Origin: Paraglomus brasilianum
Lineage: Eukaryota
DNA: 64,000 bases
Direction of reading: 5' to 3'
Assembly (NCBI GenBank): GCA_910592345.1
Contig: CAJVPI010000042.1
Span: 1-64,000 of the forward strand
A program made the translations under genes and the position numbers. The first letter of the stretch is position 1; each line of letters begins with the position of its first letter. The notes under the pieces were generated by a model that was not told the origin of the DNA, made no database searches, and saw only the letters and a list, made by a program, of their open reading frames with translations. This document shows, in pieces, positions 53,494-64,000 of the stretch.

Positions 53494-53994
53494 CCATTTC
53501 ACTCATACTCACACACACACACTTTCCATCTCACTTGCAACCACCTTCTCTTCGAGTAACAGAGAGACAAGACTAAAAGATGAACGATTAAAGCCAGGGA
53601 AACGTTGTATGATGCCCAAGCAGTTATAATATTTTTTGCGTCACTAAATTAATATGACTATGACGTGATTTTTGAGATTATGAACCGCGATACTCGCAAC
53701 GATTAGGTAATAGAAAATCGGTCATGTGGATTTCAGCATAGCCGTGACATATATTATTGAAATAGTATTAGGCCACTCAACCAATACATGTTAGACTTGT
53801 CTACTTTATGTTTCTTCGATTTTTCGCGTCATCATAAATTTGTGTTAATACTCGCTCATCCCGGTAAATCCGCAATATCAGTATATCTTTGCATGCTCTT
53901 GACATGAAAAGGTCATATTTATCGAGTAACTTCATTCGGAGCATTAAATTACAGCATAACAGCCTTTATTGTGAATTTCCTGCCATCTGAATCT

Positions 53995-54744
53995 TTAGTG
54001 ATGTTTCTGTTCGAATCGTATTCCACCTAAAATTCAATTCATCAATTAACGTAATAGCTGACTGAACGCAAAAAAACAAAAAACAAAACCGAATGTGACA
54101 TCAAATCAAGTGCTTACAGTATCCGCATGCGTGTGCTCCAGGTTTATCCTGCAAAGCATTAGATAAATACAAAATCATTAACACAAACAAACAAACAATT
54201 ACATACCAAATTTATATAAACTCTCGGATGACCCAAACTTCCGCCGTCTACGATTGAATCAAGATTAGACATTAAAAGCGTAAATAATTGCAACGGCTCT
54301 TATATATCAATTACCTCCATCGCAAACAGCGGATCGTCCCTCAACATAATGAATTGGCTCCTCCGCGATCAACTCAATTGCGGCTACTGGACGAGGCTAT
54401 GTTTGATAAAGTAAATGATAATTAACAATTGACCGCTCGCTCAGCATCAGAACATGAAAGAAAGCACCAACCTGGACTTCGAGATCAGTTTGCTCAAACC
54501 TCGGCCCAACCAAAGCGTCTGTTCGTTCTCTTTGACTACGAGACCATGGCTCAGCTCGATCCGGTGCTTGCTTGAACACTTCGGCGTCTGTGGAGACAGG
54601 TGGAGGCGACTTTACCGGCACATCACTTCCTGAAGAAGACGAATATTTCCGAAAGGAAGAAACAAGAGGAAGGGGTCTCTGGGCAAAAACACTCCTCTGT
54701 CCTGAGAGCGACAGGGATCTTGCCAGAAAGGAACGAGTGTTCAT
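53995..54744 (-). CDS. NDUFS6: NADH:ubiquinone oxidoreductase 13-kDa zinc-binding subunit; 5 exons
   Basis: Mitochondrial presequence-like start, QAPDRAEPWSRSQ..GPRFEQTDLEVQ|PRPVAAIELIAEEPI..CDG|DGGSLGHPRVYINL|DKPGAHACGY|CGIRFEQKHH*. Confidence 0.96.
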
Positions 54745-55280
54745 TGCGATTTCAAAGAATACAGAGAGGATATTCGAAAATTTGTTCAAGTTATTGTTAC
54801 ACTAGTTACCAAGTTTGGTTACGGTACTATTTAAATTCTTCTAGCCGAGATGCCAACTCGGTAAGAGCTTTTGTAAAGATTCAGTAATACCTTCAACCTA
54901 GCGGTGAAGATTACTCATATTGGGGGAAAAGTCTTTCTGAGATCACTCTGTCAGGCTGAGGACTGGGCTCAGATCATACAACAGCATCTTTATTTAATCG
55001 TTTTGTGGGGTTGCTTCTATTTGACATGCCAGAGTTCAATTATTTTCTTGTGGATCAACCGGTTTACTCTTGCAAAAATATGCATTTTTCTGGGACTGTT
55101 AATGGTAATGTGGAATGTGAAGCTTTACGCTCAATCACGTGCAAGAGTCAACCTTCCCCGCTAAATCAATGCGTATTTTAGGAGATAATGAATAATTTTG
55201 CCGCAGCGTGCCCTTGATGTTACACAATAAATACTTAATTATCAAATGTGTTTGTCATTTTCAATCCTCTATTTTCCCAA

Positions 55281-56242
55281 ATGTCACTAAGCAACAATTA
55301 TGACTTCTCTCTTACCGGAGAATGTCTGATCAAAATGTGCGAAGATGCTTACCTTGCCGGATACCATTCGATAACACTAGTTCTGCATCCTACGACCAAG
55401 GTTACAGTAAATACTAGCGAGGATATGCTTGAAAATGGCTTGGAATATGTCCATGTAATACATAATTCAAATCCAATGATAACAACAAGTAGCGATAGAC
55501 TTTCAGACGAGATTGAATCCGACGATTCGAATGAATCTGATATTACCCAAGGGACAGAATCGCTCAAAGATGAAAAGACTTTTTCAGAGAAAAAATCAGG
55601 TACAAATCTTTTGTTCTAAGATGCAAGTTCTGCTAAGTTGTCGATACATTCGGGGTAAACCATACTAATTCTATGTAACGACCGATGATAGAACCATCCG
55701 AGTCTAGTCCCCTAAAAATCACCGATATTCTCTTTCTACAACGAAAGGAACAAAAAGAAATTGCAGAACTTTTAACAGATATTCACTCACCCACTAATCA
55801 AGCCCCGAGATACAAAGTATCGGAAAGGATTCCAGTCGATCTGCTCAAAGATAAACTGAAAAGAGAATACACATTGACCATGATGCAAACAAGAAATTTT
55901 GCACTGGGTGGTCGGAAACCAAAATTATCAACTGATAAAGACATGAAAGCTTATATAAAAGGATTGAAAGCCGCTTATAGATTAGGGGCGGTTTTTGCAT
56001 TTGCTTTAAGTCATCCAGAACGCATTACTTGGGACGAAATAGTTGAAGCTACGTCTGCACCACCTGACAAATTGCAAAAAGCGATCAAATTCGCAATACG
56101 TATTTATGAATTGTTCAAGATTCTAGGCAACGAGGCATTTAACAAGGCTCAGAATATGAGTCTCAACTTTATGAACAGACTAGACGATGAAGAATACAGC
56201 GTCTTAATCGAATGCTTAAAAAGCATCAAGAAAACCAAATAA
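55281..56242 (+). CDS. Hypothetical protein, two exons (55281-55599, 55692-56242)
   Basis: A phase-1 GT..AG intron joins two open ORFs. C-terminal KAIKFAIRIYELFKILG..MSLNFMNRLDDEE resembles the motif in the 28336 relic. Confidence 0.7.
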
Positions 56243-57902
56243 TATACACCCGGTTATGGTAAAAAAAGAAAAGACAGTATTGGCAGATAAATACAGGTTA
56301 GTGGTTTCTTTGACTGAAAAAAAAAAAAAAAAACTCTCCCACTTTTTTGAATGAGAATGTTTAGATGTTATTTATGACAATCTTACAATGTTTTCCTTTT
56401 ATATTCACACCTACGATATGAACTGCTCCATAATTCATTACCAATAAATGCTTCTTCAATAGTAAATAGAATTTATTCACAGAACATGTTTCTCGCTTAC
56501 AACCCAACCCAACCCCTTTTTCTTTATACGGCGGCATGAGGTCAAAACGCCAGTTTATTCACAATGTGGGGACCCGCGATATCACACACGGAGACTGACT
56601 GTTTGCATAAGTTAGCATAATTATAGGTGATGATGCGAGAGTCTCACTGTTAATTTTGTACACCAATGCATATAAATAAGTCCCACACCAACAGCTCTTG
56701 AAAGCTCACCGGTAAAGTCTGCTTCTCTTTGATCAATGATTATACCAAGCATATTACTCGTTCGACCCTCGCGTTCATGTAATGGCTTTCGTATCGGCTC
56801 ACAATGTTTATTTGTTCAGACCCCATTATATTCGAGTGCGAGGCTTCTTTTCTGATACTTTGTCAGTTCTGCAATTGCGGCATTATCCGCAGTAGGTACT
56901 TCGAACCCAACTGGTCATAGTATTCTAAACCGGATTATATTATTGTTCGACACGAGCTATGTTCTCAAATTCTACTGGAATACCTTAATAGGAAACTTTC
57001 AATCCTGGTCTTCACTGACGCAGCCGTAAGTACTTTACTCATATTCAGTGCTTTCTCCTCAAATTGGTAGATATACTCCTGTGATCTTTCGATATTCTTG
57101 GCGCGCAACAACAATTGTGATCTGAAATTATACAAGGCCGTAAGGTGCCATGACAGAGAGGGGAAAGCACTTTCCTACTGAAAAGAAGCGAGCGACAGAA
57201 TGCCCGATTCCGATATCGTTGCCTTTTACTAGTCGCATCCATAGTGTGATAATTAATAATAGACACACAAAGATCCCTGAAATAATATGTATATACCAAG
57301 GACCCCGGAAGTTTGCAGGAAGGGCAAATCGGCACTTAGAATAAACACATACTCTATCCCTCGTGAATCAAATTGTACAGGGGGTGAACCTGTCTACCGC
57401 TCACAATGCGTTTGCTAACGTTTGATTAAAAAAATATATAGCACGTAACGGTGAACTGATAACTCGAATATCTTAATTCAATTACGTCTGTACATCTCGC
57501 GATATGGATCATTTAATGGGAGCGTTGTGTAATTTGGAACCGTTGCAAGAAAAAAGAAAAGGACAAATAAACCAAGTTTGATTAGGAAGATTCTCTCGAG
57601 AAAAGCAAAAGCTACGTTACCATGAGAAAAGACGAGAATCTCGCTTAGATAATTGGTCTTTAGTTTATGCCTTTTCTTAATCGTCGGATAAATACATCTT
57701 GACGGTAACATCGTATTATCAAATTATTAGTAATTATTGCCTACAAGAATCTGTTGTAGCCATTTAAAGGAAAAATCCGGCTCACAGAAGAGTCATAGCA
57801 CCCCCTCATCAAATACTTCTTTGCAGGTGTAATTGTGCTTCCCAGCCATATGAACGGTTTTCTCGTCGGAAAATTCATACTATGTACAATAAATAAAACT
57901 AT

Positions 57903-59437
57903 TCATGGCGGAGCTGGATTCTTTTTCGCTATTACTTGGAATACCTCATAATCATCAATAGCGAACGCTTCCTTGTTCTTTCGAATGGGCCTTTCATACG
58001 ACATCCTCTTGGCTGTACAAATAAAATTGTCCTTAGCACTCTCCTTCATCTGCAAATCACTTATCCCAAAAGACGGTCCAAACGAAGGCATGCTATGCAC
58101 AGCTCTTGTGACTTCTTGTACTCGACTAACTAGTACATTCTGCAAAGTGTCGTCACAAAACGAAAATAGAAAGCTGTCAGATGTTTCCTGCCACTCGTCA
58201 AAACCTTGTTTTTTCCATGGAAGAGGATTATAACCGCCAAGTATTTCGAAGGAATCGCGGACCTTTATTATGGTAACGGTATGTGACTGGGCATCGCATC
58301 TGTCATGAAAAATGGTGGTAGAAAATCCATCACGACTGCCTCTGAGAAATAACCGAAATTCATAAGGAATCCCAGCGGAAGTATATGGAGTAAAGCCACT
58401 GGTTGAGATGTTCTCATCTTTACGATCGATCCAAGAAGAAATGAGTGCTGCATGTCGCCAATCGATGATACTTGATTTCGTTCTCGCGGGAGCAAGCCGA
58501 GCTGACGTTAATTGGTTACCGGGAACGAGGTAGTAATGAAGTAAATCCTCGTATTGATCCGTTGGGAGTATCCGTCGAAATGGCTTGACCTTGTTATAAA
58601 AGTCTATAGAGTGCATCTGGGAGAAATTAATCAAAGGAACAATTTTATAGAGAGCAGTTCGAAGAACCGTAAAGTCCGAATGTGTCCATTTGCTTATATC
58701 TCTTTCCAAATTATGCGTTTGTGAAATCCCCCATCGTAGCATATGATCCCAGATATCGACTTCATCCATTCTAATATCGCTGCGTTTCAGTAACAATAAA
58801 AGAACTCTTTCGTCGATATCAAGAAAGTCGTTGGCTTTAAAAACGAGCTCGGGAAATTCCTGCACTATTTGATCACAGTAAGCTTGAAGTTTCTTGAAAC
58901 TGTCATTGAACGCGGCTGTACGATAAACAAGAGCGAAATTCTTTTTGAGCCATTCATCATTGTTGCTTCGAAGATGGTCCTGAATACAATCGCACAGTTC
59001 AGGAAGACATAATTCTTCGGCTGCTATTAGAATATCGAGGATTGTCGCGTTATCCTTTACCAAATCAAAAGACATCCTTCCATTGTAAATGTATCTGTAT
59101 GTGAACGATTGAGTTAGTAGTAACCGATCGATCGAAAAGATTTTAGCATATTTTTAGGCAATCCCCTCTTAAAAACGGACCTTAAAATAATTTTAAAAAC
59201 GTCAGGTGATATACTGGGCTTTTTTAATACTATAAGATTATCTTTTTTCTTGGCCCATTCGCTTGACAATGCTTGACGAAAAAATGATGATCGAGCCCTT
59301 AATACGACTGAATGCGCTCCCAAGACTTTCATCTCTGATTCTTTTCCAGCATATATCGCAACATTATAATCGTCTGCATCATCAAGAAGGACATCAAAGT
59401 CCCGAGATAAGATGTCAATAAGTTCAATGTCAGACAT
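57903..59437 (-). CDS. BTB/POZ-BACK-TLDc domain protein; exons 59437-59181, 59094-57903
   Basis: ADDYNVAIYAG..AHSVVLRARSSFF..ISPDVFKIILR|YIYNG, DEVDIWDHMLRWG, FRLFLRGSRDGFS..FHDRCD, ILGGYNP, GPSFG, IDDYEVFQV. Confidence 0.95.
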
Positions 59438-62283
59438 TGCTTTATCAAAAAGTTGGGGGGCGAAGGACGATTGCTGGCTGGCTTATACATCATGCATAGG
59501 CGTAAAAGTTGCCATTTTCAGGTAGATATTAATTATACTAATACTGACAAATTTCAGGGGTTAACTCGTTAAGCCACAAAGGGTAGTTATATAAACGCTT
59601 ATTATTATTGTCACTTGCCGCTTTTATCAACATCTGAAAGCTAATTCGCTTGCTATTCTGGGAATATTTTCTCCACTCACCCCCACAAATGCCTCTAATT
59701 CAGTAATGGCACTTGTTTTGCTTATGGGAACTGTTGGCCATTCTCATGAAGAAGCAGCGTTTGTGAGAAGGTTGCTGCCAACAATTTCTACAAAATATTC
59801 AGTGCGACAAATTGCATGTGTAAATTGCATGTGTAAACAAGTCTTGTTGACAACGAGCATGGTACACCATACTAATACTGTCGTAATTGAGAGATTTATT
59901 GGATGGCATACGCGAAGCAAAGACTTGTGGAGCCTTTGAAACAAAAAGGTCTTGGCGAGAAACTCTTAACGAAAGGCTGCAGGAAGAAATAAAGGGATTT
60001 AATGTCATAAGCGGCGATGGGTTACTAATACTAATTATAATTAACTTGAGCGTTAATTTGTCTGTAAAAAGAGAAAGATAACTGATATATAATATTATAA
60101 TATACTAGATGGCGTGTTACTTATCTGTGCTGCATATTCATTGGCTGAGACGTATACGTACTTACATTCTAGGTGTATTATTAATTTTAAGTCTTACAAT
60201 TTAACGCAAACATGCATAATTAACGTGATTGTCAATAACATTGGATTAATAGTGATCTGTTAACTTTAAAGACTTATTTATTAGGAACGTCTGAATAAAT
60301 TCCAAGACTATCAAAAGAATATTGCTTTAAATTATTAAGCGCATACTCTTGCTTGGCGCCTGCGAATGCAGCTACGCTTTACACAAACGCTTTCCCACGC
60401 ATTAGCTAGATTTTAGCTGCGTATGCAATTATTGAAAGATAAAATTGCTGGGGTTTCCGAGCTTTTTAGAACATAGCAAATCCGGATTTATTGAAGATAA
60501 CTAAAAATTTTAGCCGCTTATTATTTAGTAAAAGCACATTTAAGAGAAGAGAAAAAAAAGAAAAAGGATTTAGGAATATTATAAATGTCTCGCTGATATT
60601 TTGGTTTATGACTATTGAGTTGAATTATTTAATTTTTCTAAGTTTGTTAGACTAGTAGGTTGCATATTTTGATCATATTTATGAAATTTACATGGTTTGT
60701 GTTAAAAAGAATGGTTTTATAATTGTGTGACATAACGTTAACAGCTTAAATTTTTGTTTTGTATATTTGTTTGAAAACGCCTTCTTGCAAGAACATGTAT
60801 AACCGAGTAATATGGAAGCTTAATTAGCGTTGGGGGTTGTTTTTTGTTGTTTTGTTGTTATTTTTGTCAAATCTCAAGAAAATAAATGTTCATATTATTG
60901 CCTCCATTACGAAAACGAAAGGATCTATGTGCCATTCTCTGAAAATGTCGTACTTTTTTTCTTTCGCAATTATTTAGCGCACGGGTAAAATTTGGCATCA
61001 TGACCAGGTAAGTGTTAAAACCATTTGCTCAATAGTTTCTGCCGTTTTCTTTTTCTCATTTTGATTTGTTCTTATGAGGAGGCTGTGGAGGACTTGGTTA
61101 TCTTGCCTAATGACTGTCGAACTAGCGTTCCTTCTTATATAGAAATTACCCAGCCCCCTAATTTGCATTATTTAGTCTAAATTTATCACACTCTTGCAAG
61201 AAGGTAAGATTGAAACACGGACTACCACTTGCGTCAATGTTTCGTCCCATTGAAACAATAAAAGCGTCATCCATGCAAAGTTTTTCTGCGGTGTTATGCC
61301 TCATTTCGATATTACTTACGTTTCTTGCAACCCACATTTGTTACCCAAATCAATTTATGACAAGACAAAGAGCTTAGTCATTGGCACCTGACCTCATGTA
61401 TTTTTGTATCAGAAACTATACGAATCCATACTAAATAATAACTACACTCCCCACAAAAGTTTTCAACAGGCCTTGAAATTTATAGTAAACCATATAAAAA
61501 ATCTTTTTATTATTATATGTAGTCTGCATATGTAAGTAGCAACTACTTATGTATCATTATGAAGCAGCACTTTTCGAACAATTAAAATGTATTATCAGTA
61601 CAAATATTATGTTTTCGTATACACTAACACTTCATCAAACTACAACTATACAACAATTTAGACAAATAGACCAAGGAGATAATCCCATTTCCATGGCTGA
61701 TGGATATCATTCCGAACGATCTTATTCTTTAGCCTGGTATTTGGAGGTAATGGTGATACCAGTGTAGATCGTAAATGTCCTTTGCGATTATCAGTGATTC
61801 GTTAGACAATCAAGGAGAAGGGTTGTTTAGGACAATGACTGAGTGGCATCAACCGCGCGTCTAGATTTCCACAACTTCGGTAGTAGGAGTTGTTTCATAT
61901 TCAGACATTTATAAATAAACTTGATATACAGGGATTGGGGTCTAATAAGTGAGTTAATGACGAGTCTGTAACCATATGGGATAAATGTTTAGATAAACTA
62001 GAACCTTAATTAGTAACTGATCGAATATTGTAATACTGCCCCTTGTCTGTATGTACAACTTACGCTAATTGCGCAATCAGTAAATTGACGAATATATTAC
62101 CTTCATACCCTTTTCTCTTATTCAATGCGCTCAACCATGCATGCTAATCTTGTACAACCAACAAATATGTCATTAATGGACGCAGTGTATCTATTCGTTA
62201 AGACGATTGGATGTCCCAATGCAGAACAAAGGTGGACATTCAGCTAACTATACGTAGTACCGATCGAAGCATAACAAAGCTTA

Positions 62284-62690
62284 CTAGGTATTCGGGTTGG
62301 GTTCAGTTTGATATTCAATTCTCAACAATTTCCACTCCTCTGAAAATATTACAGAGCCATGATGTGTTTCGACTTGATTAAGCAACTTTATGAGATAAAT
62401 AACTTGGCTTTCATAATTGCAAGTAACCTCCTTTGTTGCATGACCCTTTTGTTTGCTCTTCATATCTAGCAGCAATTTCTTTCTTTCTTGGACAGGTACT
62501 GTATTTGCAATTAAATATAGAGGTTTTATTTCGTAGTGCTATCATATTAATATACAGACGATAGAATTTTAAACGGCTGGCCGACGATGCCTCTGCCGCT
62601 TTAACTTTTTTCAATTTCATGCTTTAATCCGCTTCTGTCATTCGGTCGCTTTTTCCGCAAAAGAAAGAAAGAAGCAAGGTTAGTTATAGA
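62284..62690 (-). pseudogene. Possible decayed hypothetical gene
   Basis: Overlapping short protein-like ORFs in different frames next to an acceptor-like pyrimidine tract; no family recognised. Confidence 0.2.
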
Positions 62691-64000
62691 ACTTAAATCA
62701 TTATCCTGATTACTATCCGCATACTCATTATTCAATCTAATCATACTACCCGATTTTAATCAACGTCCTAATACTAACTCACGTTTGCATAATTTGTCTA
62801 ATCTTCCCATATTTCCCCATCGCTTGCTCTACGGTGTCTCTTTACTCATCCACAGATTCTCTTCCGACACTTGGCGGATTATGGGAGTAGCCATAATATG
62901 GTCAATTGGTCACAATTTTTACTGACTATAAATAATATAGATCCTCTGGAAAGGACAGGTTGGGGATTAGGACTATTCATGAGATAATTCATCGTCCTTT
63001 TCCTTGGGAGGTGCAGGATTTCGAACGGCAGAAAGACTTCAGACCCCTTAGAGATGATCGTAAACAAATTACAAGGGTAGATGGAAACGAGCTAAATTGT
63101 CGAACACACTAATATGACACGTTTCGCAAGAAATATATTAAATTACTTAGGGGGACATTTAGCAGTAAGCTGACCATCAAGTCACCCAGAGTTTTATAAA
63201 ACAATAGGATTCACGTCTCTCACACTCCTTCACTCACTATTTGTTATACATACCATTTGAAATCAAAACATGCATCTATTTAACTAGAATTATCAACCTT
63301 ATCCAAAAATATCGGATTACTTTCACGATGCGATAAATCCCAATATTCCAACGGCTTTAATTTCATCAGATACATAAGATCTGCTATTTCAAAAATAATC
63401 TTGTTTTGCATATGGATCTTCTGTTTTTCCTGTCGTGCCGACGGTCACAGAGGAGAGCGGATAACTATCGACACTTAGGATTTAACTTTTTTTCAACGGA
63501 GGTGTGGCTACTCCTACTCGCTAAGTTAAATATAACGACAGTTTGTGACCTATTACGTAGGCTTTACCTATTCACGAGTCTCTAATAGTCGTAGACGTCA
63601 AATACGTCGCTCCTCGAGTAAGTCTACTATTATCCACCGATGGGATTAGTTTCGATGGTCTAGTTCTGGGGTAGTTGTATAATGCTCAATGCATTGCTAA
63701 TGAACGAATAATTATTGTAATTGCCACGGGAGTAATCACAGGGCCAGAGATCGATAATCAATAATGTATTCCAGAGTATAAAGAACTATTATTAACATGA
63801 TCGAACATGGTTATTTCTATCGGACAGTTGCACTTTCTATATCTTCTGAGACCAATATTGCCTAAATCTAGCTATGTGTACTATGTGCCAAATAAATCTA
63901 AAAACTAATTATTATACTACCGCTATTAATATTGCGGCGTTGCCAGATTGCACCACCCTAATTATCGTTTTCTGGCACCTACTTAGTGTGTAAACTTGCT

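Noticed and set aside
54995..55020. TTTTGTGGGGTTGC resemblance to the U4atac snRNA 5' end; nearby CTGAG resemblance to a TPP riboswitch
   Set aside because: The downstream conserved elements of both RNAs are missing; kept only as a generic structured-RNA candidate.
59500..64000. Short ORFs in the terminal 4.5 kb
   Set aside because: No motifs or coherent exon chains, apart from a weak relic near 62.3-62.7 kb.

Overview
AT-rich, intron-rich eukaryotic DNA from a fungus. The TKL-type kinase with WTSxN..LD.FI modules, the Crinkler-like genes, the BTB-BACK-TLDc gene and the pogo/Ginger relics point to Glomeromycotina (arbuscular mycorrhizal fungi); this is inferred from gene families only. Layout: (1) 1-13 kb has a kinase running off the left edge, RRP7, a membrane protein, an MMtag/SR-rich gene with a 4-nt microexon, and MITEs. 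(2) 13-27 kb is gene-poor, with one unusual gene combining a tyrosine-recombinase-like N-terminal domain with PB1/ubiquitin-like domains. (3) 27-42 kb is a transposon/effector island: pogo and Ginger-like elements, foldback MITEs, a Crinkler-NYN pseudogene, a Crinkler + AAA-ATPase-like + PD-(D/E)xK gene with one in-frame TGA, and a Tc1 relic. (4) 42-52 kb is a compact housekeeping block: ZNHIT2-like head-to-head with PIH1, TRM8 convergent with TRM11, an apparent IMPACT/YigZ-ERCC1 fusion, and a promethin-like gene. (5) 54-59.5 kb has NDUFS6, a structured intergenic segment, a hypothetical gene and the BTB-TLDc gene. Exon structures were read by eye from GT..AG sites plus remembered family motifs; no database searches were run.
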